Below, piece by piece: positions 1-14,209 of a stretch of DNA of 64,000 nt. Numbering within the stretch: the stretch's first letter is position 1; each line of letters opens with the position of its first letter. Location of the stretch: the NCBI GenBank assembly GCA_040954595.2, contig CM082593.2, forward strand, positions 8,282,043-8,346,042. Reading direction: 5' to 3'. A program made the position numbers and the translations under genes. The notes beneath the pieces were generated by a model, which worked only from the letters and a program-made list of their open reading frames with translations, ran no database searches and had not been told where the DNA came from. This stretch comes from Balanoglossus misakiensis (lineage: Eukaryota; Animalia; Hemichordata).

Positions 1-87
1 GATCAGGTCGCACACAACAAAATCACAGCACAAGCGACCTTTTCGCAACCATGTAGGGAAGATAGCAAAATAAAGACAGTAGCCTAC

Positions 88-362
88 CTTCGCGACTTGA
101 CATATTTTTTGAATTGTTGTTTGGTGATTTCTTGTACGGTTCTCTGTGCTTGCGGCTCGGCGGAAATACCTTGGGCACGAAGCCTCTTCCGAGCTGCACC
201 GCTGATCGCCATGGGTTGGGTAGGCAAGACAGATTTGAATTTATCTAGTTTCGTCCGAAGTTCCATCAACTCGTCATCTTTCACTCGAAGCAAGCGCTCC
301 AGCTCTTTTATCCTATCATCTTTCTTTCGCAAGATCTTCTGCATCTCTTGTAGGCTCCCCAT
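88..362 (-). CDS. PRKG1: cGMP-dependent protein kinase I-like, first coding exon (leucine zipper + autoinhibitory segment); gene continues beyond the left edge
   Basis: ATG at 362; MGSLQEMQKILRKKDDRIKELERLLRVKDDELMELRTKLDKFKSVL heptad zipper, then pseudosubstrate RAQGISAEP typical of PKG; ends at donor AG|GTAGGC (GT at 87-86), phase 2. Confidence 0.9.
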
Positions 363-3309
363 TTTGGCTGGGAGACCGGCGATCCCGGTGAAGTATACTC
401 CTACACACAGGAAAACAGTATGCACAGTTTACCGTCAACACTCAAGTCTAGGTTGATCACACACGAATCGTACGTAGTACGCGCACTCAAGTAAATGGAG
501 CGCCGATATGCATGATATGGACACACTGAGCTATTTCCGGTTACTTGATTTGCATAACAATGTTTACGCACGCTATGGGATGAGCGCTCAAGATTTCCAA
601 GTAGAACAAGACGTGTGGGATGCAGCTCCGCACACCGATTGACAATTATGTCACCGTGTCAGATTCAGTAACTTAACCAGCTGTTATGATCCCCTCTAAT
701 TTTACACAAAGAAACATTTTCTAGCCAGGAAACCCTATTTAAAACTGCTCCCGTTGCACGCGTTCGTACAACCGATCACCCCACCTACAATATCATCAGC
801 TGCTAGAAAATGCGATGACAGTTCAGCGTCAAATCAACCTCGGGGGTTTTATAATATGGACGCGGTTATTATCATCGGTGTACTGTACAACACGAAGGAA
901 CATTAAATATACGCGGATAAATTATATCAATCGTTTGCCACGTTGATGAAAAGGGGGCGAGCTGTGACTGATTGATGCATGATGATGACTTGCAGTGCGC
1001 TGGGATGGCGCGCCAGTTCTAAAATTACGCTTACTAAGCTTACCATGCTCTAGTAGACGCCCATATTTCCCAAAAGACCACAATAACACAATAAAATCAG
1101 AAACAATTAAATGTGTAAGTTTTTACCATTTTCAGTTTTATCTCTCTGAATCACAGTTGAGTATTTTCGTCGAGTGGGTCGAGTCCACTTTCCAATCATA
1201 GATCTGGCCATTCATTGCTAAAAAGGTAGGCTTAGATACGTACACTGACAATGCAGCATACGGCATATGGTAAATAGGCAAATAGCATATATGTTTTTAA
1301 TTTCAGACTATGATGCAACAATTAGCAAACAATGCAAAACTCATTAGGTTTTGCACAGATTGTAGGCCTACAGTGTTGCAAAGCAGCGCAATTGCAAATT
1401 CGGTGAAGAAGTCATTCTCTCTTTATATCTATGGATGTAACTCTGTATAGGAGCACACAGACCTGTACGCAGAGCTACTATGGATGGTACTTCAGTTACT
1501 AGACACCTTCGGCACTTCAGCCCCACATAAACAGCATACTTTGGAAATCTTTTCGTAACAGGACTGCCGAACCCTTTCAGGGAATTTCCGCTTTTACGTA
1601 TTAAATGATGTAAAAAGGGGGGAGATTTGGTAGAGAGCTGATCATGATGTGTCTGTACAATTCGTGAACGTTGACCTCAAGTCGCAGCCAGGGGCAACAT
1701 CGTCCGCTCGCACAGATTATTACTGTCTCCTAGCGAACTTATTTTCTTATTTTCGGAGAGCAAAGACCTTGGAAGGCGAAAATGGCCATGGGCAGGTCTG
1801 TGCTGCCTTTGAATCACCCCCTTTAATTATATACGTAAGGGCGTCTACAGACTCGTCACACAGTTGGCTCAAATGAGAAGGGGAAAAAAAGGCAAATTTG
1901 GATTATTACCGCCATCAAATTTTGAATGAGAATTCAGCAATTGAAGGTGTGGGTAGTGAATTGAAGACTATGGCAGGGTACTTGTGATACGTCTCTCAAA
2001 ACTTGTCAGGGGTTGGAATTTTTTTTTTTCAATAGAGTGATTGCTTTCCGAAAAAGTTCAACGTTTCGCCCCAAAGGCTGCCGCACACGAGAGAAATTAG
2101 CTGAGCAAAAAAGTTATTCGGGGAATTTTGTTCAGCAAGTTTCTCTCGTGTGCGGCGATCTTGAGTAATTTTCCACGCGACGGAAACATGTTGAATATTT
2201 TCATCCACGGCACAAACAAATCATATCACACAAAAATCGCCGGCACACGAGGGGAAACTTTCTGAGCTACATTCCTCGAATGCCTTTTTGCTCAGCCAAT
2301 TTCTTCAGGCATGCAAGAAATCTGTAATCAGCAATATGCCTACATAGATATGAGCAAAAAGTTGGAAATTTACAAACTTCTAAGAACTAGGGATTGACAT
2401 GCATGCTAGTGAAATGATACAAGTAAGAAGAAATACAAAAATGTATTTAGGCCCTATGGGATCCGGAAAACAAACTCACCAGAAAACCCCCAGTTATGGA
2501 AATGGCATACAGTATTCAAAATATTATACCGATTTATATAGCCTAGAGGGCCCTCTAGACATCTATATAAATCGGCATAAATTGAATACTCTTCATTTAA
2601 CGCGTATAATCTTGATTAAAATCGTTAAATAGTGATATTTGTGTTATGACAAATCTACTTCAATTATCTGTGATCATACAACATCGATTGTAAGTTCTGA
2701 TCACACTAAACGTGCGTATCGCGTGCAACTGAATGATGATCCGTAAAGTTGGTTATTCGCAATGAATGACATTCTTAGGCCCAAAGAAAATGTTTTCTGT
2801 CCAGTGTCTAAAGACATTCTATACTAGTGGACCCCATGTTATCGCAATAGCGTTACTTCGATGCAAATACCCTTGTCTTTCCCTACAGCTATTTACCGGA
2901 GGCTCGTCATCTAGAATGGGGGGAGGAGAAGAAAGACTATTGCCAATTCATCTGTAAAACAATTCAGGCGAATTACCTGTACGTTGAACGTAACATCAAA
3001 AAGACTGTGGGAGTAACGACTCGGTCTTTCAATAGCTTTTCCTTGCAAAAGGAACACTGTAATTCCCCGAGAGAAGTTCGATCCCTAGAGGGTGGTTCTG
3101 AATGTGACAATGTAGAGGATGAGCTATATCAATGGCACCTTTGGTGTCGTTTCATGGGAGTGGGTTAACGTTTTTGGCGGTTTTCTGTCTCTGACGTCCG
3201 TGTATTAATGTTTGTACTGGTGTTTTTTCAGACGCCCAGAGAGTAGTAGTATAGAGTCGAGCAGAAGATGAACCACTATTACATACAGGCACATTTTCCA
3301 GTCCAGCAA

Positions 3310-3312
<3 letters not shown>

Positions 3313-3350
<38 letters not shown>
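3313..3350. repeat. (CT)n microsatellite
   Basis: Read directly. Confidence 0.95.
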
Positions 3351-3352
<2 letters not shown>

Positions 3353-3604
3353 ACCAAGTAAAGCAAGCTGTGGATGTTGAGCGTATACTTTTTTTACTTA
3401 TCGATACTGAGCTGAGTTAGATGTAACAGGGATAACAATGTATCCATTGCCCAAATTTCTGTTCATCACCATGGATTCGTCCGAATAAAAAGAGATTAGT
3501 CTGTTAAAAATTGAACTCTGCCGAAATATTTCCCACCCCCACTTTCCAACTATGTTTAAATAAAAACCGACTTCACACTATAAGCGCCCAAAGTATTTCT
3601 ATAA

Positions 3605-4366
3605 GGCTGCATTCACAAACACCTCTGGAGGGGGGGGGGGGCGGGAGAATTCAATTTTTTTTACCGCTAATTTTCACATGCCCCCCTATACAACCCGAAA
3701 TATTTTCAAATCCCCCCCTTCCGAACTGCCAAAATTTTGAAATCCCCCCCATTTTCTTTCACAGAGCAAAACACGTCACCTATATATCTTGTAAAAAAAA
3801 GAAAAACAGCGCTCCCATGAAAAGAATTTGAAACCGATGTTTCCCCTCATCTGTGGGTAGTAAAACTGAACATTGTTTTTATTTTTAAGTATTTTTATTC
3901 TGTGTTGGGAGACATTGTAAACCGAGAATTGAAGGGGGTGGGTTTGGGAGGGGGTGGCCCCTTCCCACGTAAGAAAATTTTATAAAATACAGAGCTCAAA
4001 GCTGCATTTTAATGAACCCGGCAAAAGCAAATTAACGTCGCCGCTCAAAGTTATTATGGGGTGGGGGCAAGTCCCCTGACCTGGGACACTAGATAAACCA
4101 GTCAATGATTGAAAGGTGTTGATGAATGGAGGGGGTGGGTGTGGGAGGGGGTGTCCCCCTCCCACATTAGAAAATTTTGTAAAATAAAGGGCGCGAAACT
4201 GCATTTTTGTGGACTCAAAATAAATATTTAGTCGTCAAAGTTTTCAAGTCCCCCCCTTTCAGTCCCTCAATCATTTCAAATCCCCCCTTACATACCCTCA
4301 ATTTTTTTCAAATCCCCCCCTCAATTCTCCTGCCCCCCCCCTCCAGAGGTGTTTGTGAATGCAGCC
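3605..4366. mobile_element. PIF/Harbinger-type MITE
   Basis: TIR GGCTGCATTCACAAACACCTCTGGAGGGGG... / ...CTCCAGAGGTGTTTGTGAATGCAGCC; TAA target duplication on both sides. Confidence 0.8.
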
Positions 4367-5955
4367 TAATCGCGAACAAAAGTAGCATACGACCCCTTCC
4401 CCACAGCAATTGTAAATTTTCAGGTACAATAAAGGAACCAGCTCGATGATGTTACGAATTACCATGTACTGCATTTACTTGGTACTGTTTCAAACATGTA
4501 AAATACTATTAAAAGCCGAAAAGGGTACTAGTATATACGCCCTTAAAGTTACATATATATTGGAAAATTATAAACCAATAGGCCTACTATTAAAAGTCTT
4601 GAGAGTCAAACAGATGTCATGAACGAATCACCATTAAATCAAAGAGGTCGATGAGCTCATGAGGCTATGACCAAGTGGATACAATGATCTATGATTTCAC
4701 CCTGATCAAAGAACCACCAGTGACCAGTGTCACATCTTCGCCCGGCTGTAGTCGAGCTAACTATCCGTGCGAGCGGACGATGCCAGTCCCGGGATGCCAG
4801 TATCACAGAGCCCGGTGTCAGAGACTCGGGAGTCGGCGATCGAAATCCTAAGCATTGCCCCACACAATATGTGAGGGCGCTGTTATAGACGGTTCTTTCA
4901 CATCAAAAGTGTTCAATGTAGCTGGAAATCAAAGGTCCTTTGATCATGTTGATACTACTAGTATGACTTCTAAACTTTTATAATCTGTGGAAAAAAATGG
5001 GGTTGACCGGGTAGATTTTTGGGGAAGTGCCCTCTATCAATCACATATCTAAGCTTATTTTGCCAGGTTTCATTCATCTTTGTAAAATGGCTTCATAAAT
5101 ATTTTGGGAGGGTCGTTATATTTTTTCACCGTTATAGAATCAACACTTGAAGAATATTATATAATTTTTAGCAATTTTAGTGGGATAATCACATATCATT
5201 TCCACTGTTAAATTAAACACAGATATGCCTAAAAATCAACTTTGATGTTATTTTTTACCACTTCCAGACTTATAGTTATACTCTATGCCTAAGTTGTCAC
5301 TTTATCAAAAAGTATGAAGAATACTTCAAAAAAATTATTTGCACACACGCAAGTATTAAATTTGTTCGTACATTGTTACTTTTTACACTGAGTAGGCAGT
5401 ATGTGAAAAACTGGTAAAATAATGCTTACTGTCATGACAAGTTGCTTTTGAGAAAGGTCAAGGTTGTCAAAGGAACTGCAACCTTGATTTGTGTTTTAAG
5501 AAAGTCATCATTAGAGACACTTGTGTGCAGACCATGATGATAGATTTTTGCGAATAAATATTACACTGTTTGAACTATATCGCACTATACACAAAGAAAT
5601 GCAAAATAGGAAATTGCATTCTTAATCTGACTTTAAGGAAATTTGACTCTTGGAATGTAATGTCCGACAGCGATTGCTATGGCAACATACAGACACAATG
5701 CTAATTCAAAGAAGATAATTTATTTCATAGCAAAGAATACCCAAAGGGTTAATGATAAGATTTTAATAGCAACATGAGATTCACTCACTGTGCGGTTATT
5801 GTTACCTGAATAAAATGGCCATTTCTAGAATAAATATGTGAGATTGAACCAAACAATCAATGATTACAAAGAATATAAATGTGATTTTAGTGATTCATAA
5901 CAACAGAGTGTTGTCTATGCATGTATCATCAGAAAACCTATAATGAACAACCTAT

Positions 5956-6259
5956 AGCCTCTAGAGGTGTCACTTTTTGCATTATTTTCATGATTTTATT
6001 TTCCAACTTATCGACCTTATCAATGCCCGATCGTGACTGCATGTTGCAATTTGAACACGCTATGTATTAAAATGGTGCCGCACCGATTTAATCAGCCTCC
6101 ATACAAACAGTATGCAGCTATCGTGGTATGTGTTGCCAAGAGATGACAAACTGATACAAATACAAGTAATATGGCTGAATGGTGAAGATTTTAGAGGACA
6201 GGGAATACTTTTTACTGTGGAAAAAAATATGTGAAATTTGGCAGCTATAGGGGCTTTAA
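5956..6259. mobile_element. TTAA-type MITE family B (termini AGCC[T/C]CTAGAGCTGC / GGCAGCTATAGGGGCT)
   Basis: Closely similar copies at 36679-37044 (inverted), 41134-41491 and 56528-56883. Confidence 0.8.
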
Positions 6260-9200
6260 TTAATTTTAAATTACTGATGAGCATGACAGTGACAGATTAC
6301 TCTTGATATTGTTAACTGTGATGAATAAGAATGAAACAAAATACATACCACACAGATAGTGCAAGTTATACAGGCAACTGAAGAGGATACAACGAGCACC
6401 CATGATTTTCCTCCTGTCATGATCCTGTACTGGACACCGTGGCAACAGTAAAGATGGCTTGCTGTTGCTATGCACCTGTTGCTTGAGACAAACCACTGTT
6501 GAGCCCATCAGAGAATTACTGTATGGAAGAACACTTTTTACAGAATACGGTTAATAGAAATTAATCAAGGGCAGGTACTCCAACCGTCCTTGTAAGCAAT
6601 TGAAGACTGACCCAATGATGGTTAGACGTTTTTATGATTATGAAATCTTCACACGGCTGGAAACTCAATTAGAACCTCCCAACAAATCAGCTCTGGTATG
6701 ATTTAGAATAATATCCTGTGGTTTATTGTACTGTGAGAAATTACAACCACAGTGAAGCCTGGAAAGTGGTTGATCTAAAATTGTGCACTAGTCTCAATGA
6801 ATACAAACAAATGTATGCCATAGTCCATGGCTTAAAATACTCTAGCTGTTTTACTCTTGTCTGATAATGTATTTTTTATAATGTATTTAAAAAAAAACCC
6901 AGCAAAATCAGTTTAATATTCAAGTACTGATGAAATAAAGTATGTCTTGCGATTTTACCAGAAGAAAAAATAAAAGAGTCATCCATGATATTTGTTACTG
7001 AAACTATTATTGCAGGTTAAAGGGATACGGTCACCTATAGAAAATTATCTATAGTTACCATGGCATATTGAGATCTTGCCAATCACAGATTTTCAGTGGG
7101 TGGCACAAATACGCCATTTCAGCCATATATGGGCGTATGTAAATTGGAGGTGACTATATACCTTTAAACTGTATTGTATCAAATTCTAATATGTATATGC
7201 CTAGAGTTTCATGCCTCATACAGAGTTGCAAATTGCCAAATGTATTTTACATTCAAATGTAAGGATCTACTTCAGGGCAACACTCCAGAGATTCCTAAAT
7301 GAGCCTCAGTGATAAATCGACGTTTCAGAGAATGTGGAGAAAAGACTATAAGTGTAACAAGTGGAAATCACCCTAAATAAAAGGAATGGTGATAGACTAT
7401 GAGCACCCTGAAATATCAAAGTTGAAAAAAAACGAGACTGTAGGATTGTGGCAAAGATAATGTGAGTATAAATCAAAGCATATTTCTATGCAACCATAAA
7501 ATTGTTATCATTTTAACCATTGACTCGATGCAAAAAATGCCACAGATAAAATTTTATGTCCAACAACACAGTTTCCATATATCCAATAAAAAAAATTCAT
7601 GTTGAGAGTATAACGAGAAGTTTTACTGAGACTGTTACCATGGTGATGTCATCAGATATGAGGAAAACAAATCAACGTTTTATGGTCATGGTGCAAGGAC
7701 GTCAGTATATGAGGAGTAAACAATATCCAAGTCAGGTTTGATTGCATTCATGTCCAAGTTCACCCACCACCAAGGCTGGCTTCAATCATTGTTTGTTTGT
7801 CTTTATGCATGTATGTTTGTTTGTAAGCTACTGTAAAACGTTTTTTTTTCACGAGCAATAAATTTTCATGAAATACGCGAGAGCTAAAAAAAAGTGAACA
7901 TAAAAAGTCGCATAAAATGCTTTTCGGAGATAACTATTCAGTAAAAATAAGAGATCGCGAAAATTAATCCTCGCGTAACAGTTGCCTTTTTCGATATTGC
8001 GAGAATTTCCTGTCGCGAAAATTACCCGTTTTACAGTATTTTGCTTGTGAATACGTACGTATATAGTATGTGTGTGTGTGTGTGTGTGTGTGGAAACATT
8101 GCTGATTGTTTTGTCACTCAAGGCTATTCTCCGTTGAGAAGAATACATGTACATCTATCATAGGAGATGAATATACTTATAACGACTAAAGATAGTCATA
8201 GAAATAATATCATTGCTAATTGGTTTAAAAATAGGTTATTCATATACAACAAAATTGTACAAGTTAATTAAAAAAGTTGTTTGGATTGAAATTGTTGACA
8301 AAACAAAACAATACATACTCTAAGGCATAGATTACACATGTAAATGCAATTGAGCGAGGGCGCTGCTAGCCATCATCGCAAAATATTAAAAGAAACAGTT
8401 GCGTGGAAAATTGTTGGATTTGACGTTTTCTCAGCTCATGACCTTGGATGAACCGAAATTATAATGTAAATAAATTATTTGCAATATGTTGTTAGCGAGT
8501 TTTTATGAAAAGTTTATTTGAAAAGAGCATTTGCTGCGAAGGTTTTTGGAGTTTTTACACATAGGGAATGTTTTGCTATTGGCCATTTGCCAAGTGTATA
8601 TCATGTCAATATAGCATTGACATGACCATCAACAAGAAGATACTTCACCGTCTACCACCGAAGGGATACTTTTCCTTGTTTTAGTTTTTGAACAAATTGT
8701 TCAGGCAGAAAGAGTAAAGGTCTCCTCTTTTGGGAATTCATTACTAAAGTTGCCCACGAGAAACCTACAGCTAGCCATGTATATTTTGGATCGCAAATCC
8801 CAAGTTGGCTGTTTCACTTGTCTTGCCTCAAACCCTGGGTTTGTGTAAAGAAGCTAGCCTGCTCTGCATTTCAAAAAAATCAATTAAAATGGCGGCTATT
8901 TGCAAAGGTCACCATGGAGGCAACCCAGGCCTTGTTAAAATCACTATTTTAATTTTTCTGTTTGGTTTAACACAGAGTTTTTCAGCCCTTTTGAATTTAA
9001 AACTTGACACAATTTGAGACATCATTCAAAATTTTACATGGTCACACCTAATTTATATTCTTAATTCTATGAGAAAACAATAGTAGTTGTTTCGGGCAAA
9101 ATGTGAGAAAAAATTGAAGACTTCGATTTTCGAGTCACATATTACCATGTTATCATGAAGCTGTCAACACTAAAATTGTATTATATTGTATCATGTTTTA

Positions 9201-11720
9201 TCATATCACATCGATCGACAACAGAACATCGGCAAATAATACAAAAATGGTTATCTGAATCATTATAAAAATCTGTCAAGTTATCAGTTGAATTTCTATT
9301 CATTGGAGAAATTTGTTTCAACTCAAGCATTGGTGACATCATCCTTCTTGTATGTCTACAAATTTAAATTGATCACGTTGAATCACAACTGAATGGTATT
9401 GGGGCGTGGCAAGTTTCTGACAACAGCGCCCTCATGAGGCCATATGATGCCCTTTTGGTGGTCCACTGTATGTTTCGCAGTCAACTGTGGAATCCAGTAG
9501 AACTTGCAACTGTGAATTTTTTCTGGTCAAATGTTTTTGGTTCTCAACAGGTTGTCTTCCATTCCCCACTTCACTTTCATACCTACCCATGTACCAGTGC
9601 ATTCATTTCCATGCATCCCAAAAGTCATTTGTATCAACATTATACTCTATGAAGGTGTTGCGAGTAACTTTTGAGCCGCCCTCTTACTCCATTCCACTTG
9701 TTGTCCACAGTTTTCAAAAATTAGACAATCATTTTCTGTTTTACTGAATTTAAAAGGCCACATATCTGTAACTTTTGGCTACTTTCCAGTATTTTGTTTA
9801 TCAATTAGGTTTTCTATTTCTCCTCCCTAGGATATCAAACACACCCAGTTTTCTGTTTGTCAACAACTCATGAGTATGTTTTGTGTTTGCATAAAATAAA
9901 ATATTCAAAAACCAAAACAAATAAAAACAACAAGTGTACCGATCACTGTTACTATTGTTGACAAACACAAAATTTTTAAACAATAACTATGATGATTGTT
10001 CACATATGCACTATTTTGAGAAGATTAACACTACGCATTTAACCCTGCTTCGTAGAGCCGTTGTTGATACACTGAATAAGTTATTAAAGTGAAGGGGTCG
10101 TCGCGCCTTGTTTGTTTGTTTGTTTATAAACATTACAATTCATCCACAAATCCCTGAAATTAAATAATTCTTAGAATGAACACAGCAGCCAACTGTAGCG
10201 TAGACTGGGCATGACAGCAACTGAAGATCCTAGTAGGTCCTGGCGACTGCAGTGAGGTTTGTGCTGGTATGGGAGGACATATTCTCATCAAGGGGGACAC
10301 CCACGCGGCGTAACGACCCCTTCCCTTTAATTCCAAAAAAGTTGCCAAAAGTTAAAGATATTGGATATTTAATGGTAAAATTACATTAAATACCTGCCAT
10401 ATTTTGTCATAATACAAATGAACCACCCGTTTGGAAATGTTAACAAAGTATCAAACTTCTACTCATTTTAAAGTTGGTCATGCACCTTGCTGTAAAGTAC
10501 GCACTAGGGCTTGTACGAGCACCCAGTACAGGTCAAAGAGTGTGAGCTTCTAAATCAAGTTATTATGACCTGAGTGCCCCATGACCTCCGTCTGTAAAAT
10601 GGTCATCCCCAAAAAAATGAATGCCGTCTGCAGACATGTAGAACAGAGGTTATCAATTTGACAGACACAGTGGCAACAACTCAGAGATGTCAAGGTCATG
10701 GGGATCACTTGGTGGGGTCATGACAACTGACAATGTCATTAACAAATCACACACTCACCTCTGTGACACAAGGTATTAACAGCCGGATCACGGATATTGA
10801 CTATAGAATTCTTTCAGCTCTGTTGTGACCAGGACATGGCATGGACAAAGATACACATTGTTCACAGTAGCAGCTAACATACCAGTCCAAGCGTTGAACC
10901 AGCAACACAACGCACCTACAGACTATTATAAATTAATTAAAGGCTATCAGATCACAATCGCAACCTGGTCACTATGCAATATAGCAACCATGACTGAATC
11001 CAAAATGTCAATGAAATCTACAAATTATAGCCATTCAGATGACATGTTTATGACTCAAGTTGAATTATTATTTTGTAAATAAAAATGTGAAAACATATGG
11101 CTAGTGGACTCTTTTAAATACTTGTGTGAAACATGCGGGACAAAAAAAACTCTTATCAGTCACCTTTACACACACTTAAATATCACACTTTTGCATTAAA
11201 GAACCACAGTCACCTCCAATTTACATATGTCTATAAATGGAAAAAAATGGCGTATCTGAGTGTTCTAAAGAACAAATGGTGGCACTGTATCCACAGGGTA
11301 TCCACAGGTATAGACTCAAAACTTGTCTTGTTTGTATAAAGACACTTGAACAAAAAAGACATACGAGAATCTGTTGCAAATGATTTCATTTTTTAATTCA
11401 CCGACTTGAACCAAGTCTAAGGAACAGGCTGTTTTCACATAACTTCATAAAACAATAAACTTATTAATAAGTGAACTATTGTAGTTTTCAGTGAACATGA
11501 ATACAATGTCCATTGTTTTATTTGGGGGTGTACATGAGTGGCCACACTTTGGGGTACACCCCAAGATATTATTTCTACACTCAAACTTACACATACTGAT
11601 ACATTCTCGTAGATGTCGAATACAAGTACCGGTAGTAACAAGCTAAAACTCATCTTCTAATGAGTATAGTATTTCTCCTGGAGAGAGCCCTTGCTGAAGC
11701 GAAGACCCCACCTCCAGTTA

Positions 11721-12449
11721 GGGAGCATTCGTTTTTTACAGGGAGGGGGGGGCCGGTGGAATTTGAGTCGCCGACTAAATGTAAAAGGCAACCCCCCCTC
11801 GAAATTACTTTTCTAAAATGTGTCCCCCCCCCCAAAAAAAAAAAAAAGTTTATCCACCGGAGTAAACTTATCAAACTTTGTCAGATATTGGTGTATGTTC
11901 GACATACCACATAATCAACCATGAAACCTAGTCTACATAGTTCCTTGATTTCCAAGTAGTGCATTATTCTGTATTGGGAGACATTGTAAAACGAGAATTG
12001 AAGGGGGTGGGTTTGGGAGGGGGTGTCCCCCTCCCACGTAAGAAAATTTTATAAAATACAGAGCTCAAAGCTGCATTTTAATGAACCCAGCAAAAGCAAA
12101 TTAACGTCGCCGCTCAAAGTTATCATGGGGTGGGGGCAAGTCCCCTGACCTGGGACACTAGATAAACCAGTCAATGATTGAAAGGTGTTGATGAATGGAG
12201 GGGGTGGGTGTGGGAGGGGGTGTCCCCCTACCACTTTAGAAAATTTTGTAAAATAAAGGGCGCGAAACTGCATTTTTGTGGACTCAAAATAAATATTTAG
12301 CCGTCAAAGTTTTCAAGTCCCCCCCTTTCAGTCCCTATATAATAATCCCTTGATTATAAAATTTGTCCCCCCCTAAAAACTGCTTTGTAAAAGTAAACCC
12401 CCCCCTGATTTCCACCGGCCCCCCCTCCCTGTAAAAAACGAATGCTCCC
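11721..12449. mobile_element. PIF/Harbinger-type MITE
   Basis: TIR GGGAGCATTCGTTTTTTACAGGGAGGGGGG / CCCCCTCCCTGTAAAAAACGAATGCTCCC; TTA target duplication. Confidence 0.8.
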
Positions 12450-12460
12450 TTATGATTATC

Positions 12461-12810
12461 TTAAGGCCAACGATCGTCTTATGCGCATGTCCGTAATTTT
12501 GTGTGTACAAACATTATCCCTGGTATGTCCAATCCAAATGTTTGGCAAATTTTGCGTTTGACGCATTCAAATAGTGGGCTGCCTTCGCTTCCTCCAATAT
12601 TTCATGCACACTGTATAAGTAGACTTTAGTTTTGTCCCTTCTTTTCATCCAATTTGCTGTCTTTTCCCAATCTCCGACACAGACTATGGTTGCCACCATC
12701 TTGTCTGTTATTAGGACAGCACACTGCCTTATGGCATTGACTGTTGACAATTTTTGTAACCAGAGTCTCTGGTTCGGTACATGCCCATAAGACAAATCGT
12801 CGCCCTATAA
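12461..12810. mobile_element. Dispersed repeat family F (TTAA-associated, GGCC...ACGATCGTCTTATGCGCATG end)
   Basis: Inverted homologous copy at ~54103-54436; the two copies give parallel spurious ORFs ([15 protein letters not shown]). Confidence 0.75.
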
Positions 12811-13050
12811 CTGATGAGATAATATCATGTTAAGAGCTCAAGGTAGAGATAAGCTTTGTAAATTTTCCTTGGTAGATTTGTTTCTTTTGGGTGAAATCAC
12901 AGACGGTAGATGATACAGCATAAACAACTGACATGTCTAATTTAACAGGAAATATTGTTTTTTTTTATCACCTGACAATATACTGGGTATGTATAAATAG
13001 ATCACTTTTTATTTCCAATAATGATCCATTCTTTAATCTGTGTGCTTCAA

Positions 13051-13399
13051 TTAAAGGGACAAAGTCTCTCTCTCGCTGCCCTTTTCCATTAATTATGTTT
13101 GATACAAGACATAGTTTATGTTATTTCTACATGTGGATATATATTGAATGAACTTTCGACCACACACAACTGCCATCCCGTTTGTAGGATGTGAGGGTAA
13201 ATATCTCGCCAAAATGAATAAAAGGTAAACACCGATTATTCATTTTGGCGAGTTTTTCACTCTCTACAAGTGGGATGGATGTTGTGTGTGGTCGAAAGTT
13301 GATTCCCTATACATCCAAATGTAGAATAACATAAACAGTGTCTTGAATAAAACATAATTAATGGAAAGTGACAGCGAGAGAGAGACTTTGTCCCTTTAA
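13051..13399. mobile_element. Palindromic TTAA-flanked MITE, family A (Kolobok/T2-like termini AGGGAC...GTCCCT)
   Basis: Almost fully self-complementary ~345 bp; further copies or fragments at 14802-14902, 17504-17845, 20233-20420, 24028-24371, 26464-26530, 27002-27332, 31374-31734, 36326-36682, 43514-43624, 47430-47700, 50882-51113, 58442-58498. Confidence 0.85.
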
Positions 13400-14209
13400 T
13401 CTGGCAGATGACAAATTTCAAATCCTCGGTTTCAAACATAACAAAGTTGGTGCTCGGTAAAGAACCCTCCAAATGTTCCTCCAATATTATATATCAGGCC
13501 ACTTGGGCTCTAACCTAGAGAAATACATTTGTATACATTTGTATTACAGTAATCATGAAAATAATGTGAAACACCACCTAAAACACTTTTAGTATAATGT
13601 TGAATTGTCAGTTTGACAATTTTCAAAGACCTGTTTTCTCCCAACCTATAACTAGCAGTGAGTGAAGATACATCAAAGTGATATTATTCTGCAAGTTTGG
13701 AGCGATAATCGTGCTCGCAAATTGGCAAATTTGTTATTCTTTCATCAGCTGATACATAATGACTTGAAAGTTGGTGACCTTAACCCTCTTCTGTTCACCA
13801 CCATGGTTGTAACTATGGCGATTAGGGTGCTAGATTCAACCCAAATACGCCATGTAGTATGGAGAAGGAAATGACTGAGGTCAAATAGCGCAGGTCAAAT
13901 TCTCTCTCAAAGAAATACATGATCACAATGATCATTTCACTGAAATTATCAAGGATTCGCTAATTCCAATTTCACTGAATATTGGTGTAATCTCACCATC
14001 AAAATACAATGTCTTCACATAGAATAGATGTTTCAAAGATTTAATTTCAAGTGCTGGATGGCCACTGTGCGTCCCAATTGCCAGAAGTAAAGCCATATAC
14101 ATTCCAGCCAAAAACAGACAATCACCTGACCAGGTTAAGAGAAAAGACTATGGTATATCTGGCACTAGACTAGATGAATAAATTACACTCGGTTTCATGA
14201 TAAGATTAT

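Noticed and set aside
363-456. Extension of the PKG ORF to 425 and the antisense ORF 97-456
   Set aside because: PKG homology begins at MGSLQ (362); the plus-strand ORF is the shadow of the exon.
4620-4890. GC-richer segment suspected to be an alternative PKG exon or a structured RNA
   Set aside because: No PKG-like peptide, no clear splice sites, no tRNA or snRNA hallmarks; probably a repeat remnant.
3980-12273. Duplicated 74-aa ORFs (MQFRALYFTKF...) as a gene pair
   Set aside because: They lie inside MITE cores, with no splice context or recognisable domain.
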